This document shows, piece after piece, positions 17,259-26,092 of a DNA stretch of 64,000 nucleotides. How positions within the stretch are numbered: the first letter of the stretch is position 1; each line of letters begins with the position of its first letter. A program made the translations under genes and the position numbers. The stretch comes from an uncultured Alphaproteobacteria bacterium (GTDB lineage Bacteria; Pseudomonadota; Alphaproteobacteria; HIMB59; GCA-002718135), in the NCBI GenBank assembly GCA_902620285.1, contig CACNHT010000006.1, forward strand, positions 857-64,856, read 5' to 3'. The notes under the pieces are model-generated. The model was not told the origin of the DNA. It searched no databases and worked only from the letters and a program-made list of their open reading frames with translations.

Positions 17259-19181
17259 ATGTCAAAAAATATACTTATTGATACTACAAATAACATTGAA
17301 ACAAGAATCGCAGTTACTGAGGACGGAAAGTTAGACGATTTTGAAATTGAGACTAACAAAAAAAATGCAGTTAAAGGAGATGTTTATCTAGCTAAAATTA
17401 CTAGGATAGAACCTTCCCTACAAGCTGCTTTTGTTGATTTTGGCACTAACAGAAATGGTTTCCTCCCGCTTACTGAAATACATCCAGATTATTTTAAAAT
17501 TCCTGCAGCAGATGAAGATAAAATAAAAGAATTAAATGAAAGAATATATAATCTTAATGAAGACGAAGATACAAATGGTAGTGATAATGAAAACGAATTA
17601 GAGGATTTGGAGGAAAATAATATTGATACTAAATCTGAAGAACAGCCTGATACAACTGAAGAAAATATTATTTCTATAAAAAAAAGAAAAAGCAAAAAAA
17701 TAAGTCCAAAAAAGGAATATTTTAATTTTTTTAGGAAATATAAAATACAAGATGTTATTCGCCCTAAACAAGTTTTACTTGTGCAAATAAATAAAGAAGA
17801 AAGAGGTTTGAAGGGTGCAGCTCTTACAACATTTTTATCATTTGCTGGAAGATATTGTGTTTTAATGCCTAATAGTATGAATAGTGATGGTATTTCAAGA
17901 AAAATTGGAGATATAGAAGAGAGAAAAAAATTAAAAAAAATCTTATCATCTGTCGATATACCTGAAAAAATGTCTGTAATAGTAAGAACAGCAGGTATTG
18001 GAAGATCAAAAAAAGAAATTTCTAAAGATCTAACATTCCTAGTAGGCCAGTGGAATAAAATTAGAGAACTTACTTTAAAATCAGAAGCTCCTACAATGAT
18101 ACATGAAGAGGGTAATGTTTTAAAAAGGGCTATAAGGGATATGTTAAGTGAAGATGTTGATAAAATTTTAGTAGAAGGAAAAGATGGATATGATAAAGTT
18201 AAAAAAATTACCAAAAACTTAGCACCTACTTTTGTAAAAAAAATTAAACAATATAAATCAGAAGACAATTCACTTTTTGCTTCAAATAATATTGAAACTC
18301 AAATTAATGATTTGTTTAGTTTAAATGTTAAATTAAAATCTGGAGGTTCTATTGTCATCAATACAACTGAAGCACTAGTTGCGGTTGACGTAAATTCTGG
18401 AAAAAATACTTCAGAAAGAAACATCGAAAATACTGCTTTAAAAACAAATTTAGAAGCAGCAGTAGAAATAGCGAGACAACTAAGATTAAGAGATCTTGGA
18501 GGTTTGGTAGTCATAGATTTTATTGACATGGATGATTATAGGAATAATTTTAAGGTTGAGAAAAGTTTAAAAACAGCACTTGTTAGAGATAGAGCAAGAG
18601 TTCAGTTTGGAAGAATAAGTATGTTTGGGTTAATGGAACTATCAAGACAAAGGCTTAGATCAAGCTTAATTGATAAATCATTTGAAACATGTAATTACTG
18701 CAAAGGTTCTGGATTAATTTTAAATTCTTCGTCAATAGTAGAACAAATTATTAAGGTTATAAAAGAGAAAATATCAGATAATAAGAATTCAATAGTTAAT
18801 GTTAAGTGTAATACTGATTTAGCTGAAATATTAATAAATAACAAAAAAAATGAAATTAATTCTTTAGAAAAAAATTTTAATTCAAGAATTAATTTTTATT
18901 TCAATCCTCAATTTTCTCTTCATGATCCAGTTATTGACATTGATAATAACAATATAATTAACTTAGAAGAAGAATTAGATACAAAAACTGTAAATAAAAA
19001 AACTAAAAATAAATTAATAAAAAAAAAGAAAGTTATAAAAACTAAAGTAAAAAAGACTGTTGAAAAAATAAAAAAAGATAATGAAAATGAAAAAAATAAT
19101 ATCAAAGATATTAAAATTAAACAAAATATAGATTCAGTAGAGAGCGATGAAGATAAAGAAAAGACCGGATGGTGGTCTTAA
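17259..19181 (+). CDS. rne: Ribonuclease E/G family endoribonuclease (short RNase E)
   Basis: 640 aa. S1 domain (GDVYLAKITRIEPSLQAAFVDFG), catalytic core (KGAALTTFLSFAGRYCVLMP, VAVDVNSG, GGLVVIDFIDM), Zn-link CNYC. Confidence 0.9.
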   Translation: MSKNILIDTTNNIETRIAVTEDGKLDDFEIETNKKNAVKGDVYLAKITRIEPSLQAAFVDFGTNRNGFLPLTEIHPDYFKIPAADEDKIKELNERIYNLNEDEDTNGSDNENELEDLEENNIDTKSEEQPDTTEENIISIKKRKSKKISPKKEYFNFFRKYKIQDVIRPKQVLLVQINKEERGLKGAALTTFLSFAGRYCVLMPNSMNSDGISRKIGDIEERKKLKKILSSVDIPEKMSVIVRTAGIGRSKKEISKDLTFLVGQWNKIRELTLKSEAPTMIHEEGNVLKRAIRDMLSEDVDKILVEGKDGYDKVKKITKNLAPTFVKKIKQYKSEDNSLFASNNIETQINDLFSLNVKLKSGGSIVINTTEALVAVDVNSGKNTSERNIENTALKTNLEAAVEIARQLRLRDLGGLVVIDFIDMDDYRNNFKVEKSLKTALVRDRARVQFGRISMFGLMELSRQRLRSSLIDKSFETCNYCKGSGLILNSSSIVEQIIKVIKEKISDNKNSIVNVKCNTDLAEILINNKKNEINSLEKNFNSRINFYFNPQFSLHDPVIDIDNNNIINLEEELDTKTVNKKTKNKLIKKKKVIKTKVKKTVEKIKKDNENEKNNIKDIKIKQNIDSVESDEDKEKTGWWS

Positions 19182-20454
19182 GAAAAAATTAATTTTATTT
19201 ATATTAATTTTATTTTTATCATATCAACCTTTAAATGCACAAATATTAGATTATGAAACTGAAGAATTTATTAGTGAAATTTTAAAAAATATTACAACTG
19301 TAAATAAATTAAATAAAAAAATTAAATTTAAGATAAATAGTAGCAATGAAATAAATGCATTTGTCGATCATCAGAATACTATAAATATTAACTCAGGTTT
19401 AATACAAAACTGTGATGATTATGTTGCACTCCTATCTGTATTAGCTCACGAAGTTGGCCATATTGATCTAAACCATATTTCCATAAGAAAGAAAACATTA
19501 GAAAACAAAAAAAAATATAATAACTTGACCTTTTTATCAATAATTGCGGGTTCCGCACTATCTCATAATTCAGAATTATTACAAACAAGTATTATCGGTA
19601 CGGCCGCATTAACTAACCAATACATAGAATTTAGTAAAGAGCAAGAAAAGGAAGCAGACCTATACTCCTTAAATACACTTAATTTGCTGAAAACTAATTC
19701 TAACTCAGTTATAAAATTATTAGAAACTATAGAGCAAAAACTTTTAACTAAGGGATTTTCAAAGGATAAACAGAGATTAAGTACGCATCCTTACTTTGAA
19801 GATAGAATTTTATTAATTGAAAATTATAAATTAAATAAAAATTATAGCATCGACAAAGATTTAAATAAAAGATTTAATTTTATAAAAGCAAAATTTATTG
19901 GCTACAGAGATAATACTGATGCTATAGATTTTTTAGATGAGCCATATAAATCTTATGCTGAGTCTATCAGCTATGCTAGAAATGGTAATTTAAAAATGTC
20001 TTTAGAAAGTTTAAATAAGCTAATTAAAGTAAAAAATGAAAATAGTTTTTTAATTGAAACCAAAGCAGATATTTTATTTTCATATGGTTTTACAGATGAA
20101 GCTATAAGATTCTACAAAAAGAATTTAGAAATTTATCCTCAAAATTTTTACGCGCAAATTAGAATATTTGAGAATATTAAAACTAAAAACTTATCTAATG
20201 ATGAGATTAACATACTTTTTAATAAAAATAAAAATTTATTATATAAATTTTATAATAATAAAAATATTTTAATAAAATATCTTAGTTTAGCTAAAATATT
20301 AAAAAAGAATGAGTGGGTTGAGTTTTTTGAATATATTTTAAAACTAAATCAATATAATAAGAAAGATATTGATTATAATTTTACATCTTTTAAAAAAACA
20401 CAGGATAAAGATTTGTTAATGCTTATAATTAAATTTGAAAAAACAATTTCATGA
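19147..20454 (+). CDS. M48-family Zn metalloprotease with C-terminal TPR-like region (BepA-like)
   Basis: 435 aa. Signal-like N-terminus, HEXXH as LAHEVGHIDLNH, downstream KEQEKEAD. The ATG start overlaps the rne 3' end by 35 nt. Confidence 0.75.
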   Translation: MKIKKRPDGGLKKKLILFILILFLSYQPLNAQILDYETEEFISEILKNITTVNKLNKKIKFKINSSNEINAFVDHQNTININSGLIQNCDDYVALLSVLAHEVGHIDLNHISIRKKTLENKKKYNNLTFLSIIAGSALSHNSELLQTSIIGTAALTNQYIEFSKEQEKEADLYSLNTLNLLKTNSNSVIKLLETIEQKLLTKGFSKDKQRLSTHPYFEDRILLIENYKLNKNYSIDKDLNKRFNFIKAKFIGYRDNTDAIDFLDEPYKSYAESISYARNGNLKMSLESLNKLIKVKNENSFLIETKADILFSYGFTDEAIRFYKKNLEIYPQNFYAQIRIFENIKTKNLSNDEINILFNKNKNLLYKFYNNKNILIKYLSLAKILKKNEWVEFFEYILKLNQYNKKDIDYNFTSFKKTQDKDLLMLIIKFEKTIS

Positions 20455-21509
20455 ACGGATCACTTGTATATCAAGACTATATTAATTTAATAAAAAAAAA
20501 GTTTATAATAAGTAATAATATTGAAAAAACTCAAATTCAACCATCAAGCTTAGATTTATCCCTAAGTGAAGAATGCTATGAAGTAAAACATAGTTTTTTG
20601 TCATATAACTCAAGAGTAAGAAATAAACTTAAAAAATTAATTATCAAAAAAATAAATTTAAATAACGAATTTATATTTAAAAAAAATAAAACATATATAG
20701 TTAGATTAAACGAAAGTTTAAATTTAGATTATAATCTTTTTGGTCATTGTAATCCAAAAAGTAGCACTGGAAGACTGGATATCTTTTGTAGATCTATCGT
20801 CGATTATGCGGAAGAATATGAAAAAATACCTAAAAATTATAAAGGTGAAATATTTTTAGAAATTACATGTCGATCTTTTAATATTGCATTTAAAAAAGGT
20901 AATAAACTTAATCAATTAAGACTGATTAATAAAGAACATAATTATTTATCTGATAAAAAATTGATGAACTTAAATATAAAAGATAGAATTACTAATCTTA
21001 ACAAGAAAAATATAAAAATTGACAAAGGTTTAAAGTTATCTGTTGATTTATCTGAATCAAAAATAATAGCCTACGTTGCTAAGAAAAATACTCCTACTTT
21101 AATATTTTCAAATATTAAATCACATAAAATAAATGATTACTGGAAACCAATAAAAAGTACAAAAAAAACATTACTAATCGAAAAAAATAAATTCTATATT
21201 TTAAAATCAAAAGAAAAAGTTATTATTCCTAAAAGTTTAGCAGGTGAAATGGTGCCTTATGATACTGGTATAGGAGATTTTAGAGCCCATTATGCTGGTT
21301 TTTTTGATCCAGGTTTTGGTGTTCCAAATGGGTCATATGCAGTTTTAGAAGTAAAAACAAATGAAGTTCCTTTTTTATTAGAAGATGGTCAAACTATAGC
21401 TAGAATTAAATATGAAAAGTTGAACAAAAATAGTAATATTGTATACGGAAAAGATATTAAATCAAATTATCAAAATCAAGGTTTAAAATTAAGTAAGCAT
21501 TTTAAATAG
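20451..21509 (+). CDS. dcd: 2'-deoxycytidine 5'-triphosphate deaminase, long (about 350 aa) alphaproteobacterial form
   Basis: 352 aa. PSSLDLSL, KSSTGRLDIF and later GEMVPYD...AHYAGFFDPGFG resemble the dCTP deaminase/dUTPase fold repeated. Confidence 0.7.
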   Translation: MNGSLVYQDYINLIKKKFIISNNIEKTQIQPSSLDLSLSEECYEVKHSFLSYNSRVRNKLKKLIIKKINLNNEFIFKKNKTYIVRLNESLNLDYNLFGHCNPKSSTGRLDIFCRSIVDYAEEYEKIPKNYKGEIFLEITCRSFNIAFKKGNKLNQLRLINKEHNYLSDKKLMNLNIKDRITNLNKKNIKIDKGLKLSVDLSESKIIAYVAKKNTPTLIFSNIKSHKINDYWKPIKSTKKTLLIEKNKFYILKSKEKVIIPKSLAGEMVPYDTGIGDFRAHYAGFFDPGFGVPNGSYAVLEVKTNEVPFLLEDGQTIARIKYEKLNKNSNIVYGKDIKSNYQNQGLKLSKHFK

Positions 21510-21510
21510 A

Positions 21511-21948
21511 ATGAAAAAAATATTAATTATTAATGGCCCTAACCTAAATCTATTAGGTAATAGAGAAGATGATATTTATGGTAAAGATAGTTTAGATAAG
21601 ATTAAATCTGATTGTGAAAAAAAAGGTATAGAGAAGAAATTAGAAATTAATTTTTTCCAATCTAATAATGAAGGGGAAATAATTGATAAAATTCATGAAG
21701 TAAATGATAAATTTGATGGTTTGATTATTAATCCGGCAGCATTTACTCATTCATCAATAGCCATTCTAGATTCATTAAGAGCAATAAATAAGCCCAAGAT
21801 AGAAATTCATCTTTCAAATATTTATTCAAGAGAAGAGTATAGAAAAAAAAGTATCACTTCCGAAGGAGTAGATGGTTTAATATGTGGATTTGGTGGAAAT
21901 AGTTATCTTCTAGGAATTGAAGCAATATGCAAATTAATTTATAAATAA
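21511..21948 (+). CDS. aroQ: Type II 3-dehydroquinate dehydratase
   Basis: 145 aa. ILIINGPNLNLLGNRE..IYG, FQSNNEGEIID, INPAAFTHSSIAILD. Confidence 0.9.
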   Translation: MKKILIINGPNLNLLGNREDDIYGKDSLDKIKSDCEKKGIEKKLEINFFQSNNEGEIIDKIHEVNDKFDGLIINPAAFTHSSIAILDSLRAINKPKIEIHLSNIYSREEYRKKSITSEGVDGLICGFGGNSYLLGIEAICKLIYK

Positions 21949-21950
21949 GT

Positions 21951-22397
21951 ATGACTAAAATAGATAAAGCAGATTTAGAGAATATTAAGTTAATCGTTAA
22001 AGAATCAAAAATTAATAGTGTTGCTAAAATAAAAATAAAAAAAAATGATTATGAAATTGAAATAACCTCAAATGACTTCGTTGAAAACAATGTTTCTGTT
22101 CAAAAAATAGAAAAAAATAATGAAATTAAAGAGACTGAAAATACAAATGATGTTGTAAATGAAGATAATATTGTTAAATCTCCAATGGTAGGAGTTGCTT
22201 ATCTTTCTGCTGATCCAAATTCGCAACCTTATGTTAAAGTTGGTCAACATGTTAAAGCCGGAGATACTTTATTGTTAATTGAAGCAATGAAAACTTTTAA
22301 TGAAATCAAAGCTCCTAGATCTGGTATTATCAAAAAAATAGTTACGTTGAATAGCCAGCCCGTTGAATATGGTGATACTCTTATAATTTTTGAATAA
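21951..22397 (+). CDS. accB: Acetyl-CoA carboxylase biotin carboxyl carrier protein
   Basis: 148 aa. Biotinylation motif IEAMKTFNEI, SPMVGVAY. Confidence 0.9.
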   Translation: MTKIDKADLENIKLIVKESKINSVAKIKIKKNDYEIEITSNDFVENNVSVQKIEKNNEIKETENTNDVVNEDNIVKSPMVGVAYLSADPNSQPYVKVGQHVKAGDTLLLIEAMKTFNEIKAPRSGIIKKIVTLNSQPVEYGDTLIIFE

Positions 22398-23728
22398 TGT
22401 TCAAAAAAATACTGATTGCTAATAGAGGTGAAATTGCTTTACGTGTTCTTAGAGCCTGCAGAGAATTAGGAATAAAAACTGTAGCCATTCACTCTGATGT
22501 TGATGAAAACGCAATGCATGTAAGAATGGCAGATGAAAGTATCTGTGTCGGACCAGCCTCTGCACAATCAAGTTACTTAAACATACCTGCAATTATAACT
22601 GCCGCAACATTGACTGATGTAGATGCAATTCATCCTGGATATGGTTTTTTAAGTGAGAATCAAAGGTTTGCAGAAATCATTGAAGAACACAATATTAAAT
22701 TTATTGGGCCAAAATCGGAACATATCAAAATGATGGGTAACAAAATTGATGCAAAAAAAATAATGGATGAAACTGGGGTGCCAACAGTAAAAGGTATAAA
22801 TGACTTAAGTGATAAAAATAAGATTGAAGATTTTATAAAAAAAGTAAAATACCCAATTATAGTAAAAGCAGCTAGTGGTGGTGGTGGAAAAGGAATGAGA
22901 ATTGTTACAGAAGAAGATGATTTAAATAAAGCTATAAATGAAGCAAAAATTGAAGCTAAAAAATCATTTAATGATGAAAATGTGTATTTGGAAAAATTTT
23001 TAACTTCTCCCAAACATATTGAAATTCAAGTTCTTTGTGATTCATTTGGAAATGTTGTTACTCTTGGAGAAAGAGATTGCTCGATACAAAGGAAACATCA
23101 AAAACTTATCGAAGAAAGTCCAAGTTCAGTTCTTACAAATGAAAATAGAGAAAAAATTTCTGAACTTTGTAGAAAATCTATGAAAGAAATAGGTTATGAA
23201 GGAGTTGGAACATTAGAATTTTTATATGAAAATGATGAATTTTATTTTATGGAAATGAATACACGATTACAAGTTGAGCACCCGGTAACAGAAATGGTAA
23301 CTGGTATTGATCTTGTTAAAGAACAAATTCTTGTCGCTAATGGTGACAAGCTTACGTTAAAACAAGAAGATATAAAATTAAATGGAAGTTCTATTGAATG
23401 CCGTATCAATGCTGAACATCCAGAAAGTTTTATACCATCACCTGGTAAAATAACACAATACCACCAACCTGGAGGACTAGGTATTCGAGTAGACTCAGCT
23501 GTTTACGATGGATACTCAATTCCATCCCATTATGATAGTATGATTGGTAAGCTAATTACCTATGGCGCAACAAGATCAGAAGCTCTAAATAAAATGAACA
23601 GAGCACTAGAAGAATATATAATTATGGGAATAAATACTAATATTCAACTACATCAAAAAATTATTCAAACTGATGAATTTAAAAGAGGAAGTTACAATAT
23701 TAATTTTATGTCAAATTTAATTGAGTAA
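22397..23728 (+). CDS. accC: Acetyl-CoA carboxylase biotin carboxylase subunit
   Basis: 443 aa. KILIANRGEIALRV, GGGGKGMR, EMNTRLQVEHPVTE. 1-nt overlap with accB. Confidence 0.95.
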   Translation: MFKKILIANRGEIALRVLRACRELGIKTVAIHSDVDENAMHVRMADESICVGPASAQSSYLNIPAIITAATLTDVDAIHPGYGFLSENQRFAEIIEEHNIKFIGPKSEHIKMMGNKIDAKKIMDETGVPTVKGINDLSDKNKIEDFIKKVKYPIIVKAASGGGGKGMRIVTEEDDLNKAINEAKIEAKKSFNDENVYLEKFLTSPKHIEIQVLCDSFGNVVTLGERDCSIQRKHQKLIEESPSSVLTNENREKISELCRKSMKEIGYEGVGTLEFLYENDEFYFMEMNTRLQVEHPVTEMVTGIDLVKEQILVANGDKLTLKQEDIKLNGSSIECRINAEHPESFIPSPGKITQYHQPGGLGIRVDSAVYDGYSIPSHYDSMIGKLITYGATRSEALNKMNRALEEYIIMGINTNIQLHQKIIQTDEFKRGSYNINFMSNLIE

Positions 23729-24374
23729 AATAATAGATTTAAAAAGCTTAATAGAATTTTATAAAAAAGCTTACTTTCCGATGGCTGATAGTAAGTATTC
23801 TGAAGAAATAAAATTTTATAAACCCAAATTAAGATTTATCATTCCAATTTCAAATTTTCATTATCCCAAGAAACTTTTTAGTGAGTTTAAAAAAACAAAA
23901 TATAGTTTTAAAATTGATCAAAATTTTGCAAAAGTTATAGAGTTATGCAAAGAAATTAAAAGAAAAGATCAAGATACTTGGATTAATGAAATTATTTTAG
24001 ATACATATATTGAATTACATAAAATAGGTAAATGTCACAGTGTAGAATGTTATGAAGATGATAATCTAATTGGTGGTTTATACGGTTTACATATAGGATC
24101 ATGTTTTTTTGGTGAAAGCATGTTTAGTTTAAAGACCAATACAAGTAAGTTATGTCTACTTTATTTATTGGCAATATTGAAAAAAAATAATTTTTCCATT
24201 TTAGATTCACAGTTTTTCAATCCTCATTTAGTTCAGTTTGGAGCGTATGAGATAGAGACTGAAATTTATGAAAATAAACTAAAAGAAAGTTTAGAGATTG
24301 AAAGTTTTTTTAAGGAAGTTAATAATTTTCAAGAAGTCTTATCGTTACTGCAATCAACTAACCAAAGATCATAA
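23721..24374 (+). CDS. aat: Leucyl/phenylalanyl-tRNA--protein transferase
   Basis: 217 aa. FYKKAYFPM and WINEIILDTYIELHKIGKCHSVECYEDDNLIGGLYGLHIGSCFFGESMFS match the Aat family. TTG start overlaps the accC end by 8 nt. Confidence 0.85.
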   Translation: MSKIIDLKSLIEFYKKAYFPMADSKYSEEIKFYKPKLRFIIPISNFHYPKKLFSEFKKTKYSFKIDQNFAKVIELCKEIKRKDQDTWINEIILDTYIELHKIGKCHSVECYEDDNLIGGLYGLHIGSCFFGESMFSLKTNTSKLCLLYLLAILKKNNFSILDSQFFNPHLVQFGAYEIETEIYENKLKESLEIESFFKEVNNFQEVLSLLQSTNQRS

Positions 24375-24733
24375 ATAGGATTTTCTAACGGAGTAACATC
24401 GGGAGAAGAAGAAATCATCCAGCCTTTATAAATATTAATATTTTCATTATTGATAGTATCGTAAACATCTATCAAAACATAATCTTCAGGAATTTCAGTT
24501 GGAGGGGTACTACCGCAATACAAAACTTCAATATTTAAAGTTTCCCATGATATTTTAGAACTTACCAAAATATCTTTTGTAGAAACTTTATTAGTAGTTT
24601 TATTTAATAACTTAAAAGAAGCATATTTTTTTTCAATAGTCTCAGCAGAAACAGATATAGGTAGGAGAAAAAAAAATGTTACTCTAATTAGGAGTCCAAG
24701 ATTTATATTCTTCTTCTTTTTTTTCTGGATCAT
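24329..24733 (-). CDS. Secreted DUF2155-like protein (start uncertain)
   Basis: The track ORF is 24329..24775. The signal peptide MIQKKKKKNINLGLLIRVTFFFLLPISVSA begins at the third Met (24733). Its position just downstream of an NDUFA12-like gene is the usual alphaproteobacterial synteny. Confidence 0.6.
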   Translation of the reverse strand: MIQKKKKKNINLGLLIRVTFFFLLPISVSAETIEKKYASFKLLNKTTNKVSTKDILVSSKISWETLNIEVLYCGSTPPTEIPEDYVLIDVYDTINNENINIYKGWMISSSPDVTPLENPIYDLWLVDCSNDKTS

Positions 24734-25040
24734 AGTTTTTTGAAAGAGGATAAGATGATGGAAAATATGCATCACTAGTGCCAGTCATATTTGGTTTATG
24801 ATTTTTTTGCCATTTATATTTATGTGAATAGTCAAGTGGAGGATTATCAATCGATTTGTGAAGCCAGGCATGCCAGTGTGGTGGAATGTTTGACGCTTCT
24901 ATTTCGCCATTAAAAATTACCCATCTTTTTGCTTTTAAATTTTTAAAATCTTTAGAGCTGCAGTAATATTTATTTCCTAATTCATCACTACCAACTAAGT
25001 TACCCTTAAACCAAGTATAAATTTTTGTTCCTAATGACAT
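24684..25040 (-). CDS. NADH:ubiquinone oxidoreductase subunit NDUFA12-like protein
   Basis: GTKIYTWFKGNLVGSDELGNKYY...WVIFNGEIEASNIPPHWHAWLH is NDUFA12-family. I prefer the Met at 25040 (MSLGTKIY...) over the track start 25076, which would overlap pyrC. Confidence 0.8.
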   Translation of the reverse strand: MSLGTKIYTWFKGNLVGSDELGNKYYCSSKDFKNLKAKRWVIFNGEIEASNIPPHWHAWLHKSIDNPPLDYSHKYKWQKNHKPNMTGTSDAYFPSSYPLSKNYDPEKKEEEYKSWTPN

Positions 25041-25057
25041 TAATATTTCTATAAAGA

Positions 25058-26092
25058 TTAATGGACTACTTTCCAATTAATTTTTTTATTTGCATAAAAA
25101 TTCTTAACCTGAACATCTTTGTAACTAGATAATTCTGTCATAATCCATTCCTCTTTTTCTAATTTTATTTTTTTATCATTAATTGGAAAACTATAATGTT
25201 TTGCTCCATTTATTGAACAAAATATCTCTAACTTATCAATTGCATTTTCTTGATCAAAAATTTCTGCATATAATTCTAGTGAGCAAGGAGAGGAAAATAT
25301 TCCTGGCTTAGATGACATATCTGGTTTTTTTTCTTGAATTGGATGAGGAGCTGAATCAGTACCTAAAAAAAATTTAGAATTATTGTAACATGCTGCTTTT
25401 CTTAATTCTATTAAATCTGTTTCGTTTTTAACAACTGGCATACAAAAATGATGGGGATTAATCAAATCATCATGAAATACATCTTTTTTTGTTAAAAGCA
25501 TATGGTGTGGTGTGATTGTTCCTGCAATATTTTCATTTTCTTTCACATATTTAACTCCATATGAAGTTGATACATGCTCAAGAGTAATTTTTAAAAGAGG
25601 AAATTTTTTTCTAATAATGCTTAATTCATCATCTATAAAATATTTTTCTCTATCAAAAATATCTATATCTTCAGCTACTTTTTCACCGTGTATTAGTAAT
25701 GGACTTTTTTCTTCTTCTAAAATCTCTAAAAATTTAAAGATTTTCGAAATGTCACTAACTCCATGACTTGAGTTTGTAGTTGCATTTGAGGGATAAAGTT
25801 TAGACCCAAAGAAAACTTTATTTTGCATACCTTTTCTAAAATCTTCTAAATCTAAATTTTCATTTAAATAACAAGGTATCAGTGGTTCAAAATTATTACT
25901 AGATGCATTATTTAAAAGCTCTTTATAAGCAGAAGCTTTATTAGTATCTGTTATGGGAATTTCTGTATTTGGCATTGCAACACATCTATTATTTATTCTT
26001 GAGGAGAAATTAGTAACCATTTCTAACATGTCACCTTCTCTAAAATGTATATGCCAATCATCGGGCTGAATTATTTCAATTTTTTTATTCAC
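25058..26092 (-). CDS. pyrC: Dihydroorotase (homodimeric, E. coli PyrC type)
   Basis: 344 aa. PDDWHIHFREG metal ligands, TLEHVS, FLGTDSAPH. Confidence 0.85.
   Translation of the reverse strand: MNKKIEIIQPDDWHIHFREGDMLEMVTNFSSRINNRCVAMPNTEIPITDTNKASAYKELLNNASSNNFEPLIPCYLNENLDLEDFRKGMQNKVFFGSKLYPSNATTNSSHGVSDISKIFKFLEILEEEKSPLLIHGEKVAEDIDIFDREKYFIDDELSIIRKKFPLLKITLEHVSTSYGVKYVKENENIAGTITPHHMLLTKKDVFHDDLINPHHFCMPVVKNETDLIELRKAACYNNSKFFLGTDSAPHPIQEKKPDMSSKPGIFSSPCSLELYAEIFDQENAIDKLEIFCSINGAKHYSFPINDKKIKLEKEEWIMTELSSYKDVQVKNFYANKKINWKVVH

Noticed and set aside
17489-18268. 259-aa minus-strand ORF antisense to rne
   Set aside because: It lies entirely inside the strongly conserved RNase E catalytic core on the other strand. 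The S/F/L/I-rich low-complexity translation has no recognisable motif. It is a shadow of a Lys/Glu-rich coding region.
22660-23013. 117-aa minus-strand ORF antisense to accC
   Set aside because: It overlaps a near-perfectly conserved biotin carboxylase gene and has no motifs, so it is a shadow ORF. The same reasoning applies to 22068..22250 (accB), 18299..18529 and 18920..19105 (rne), and 19388..19588.
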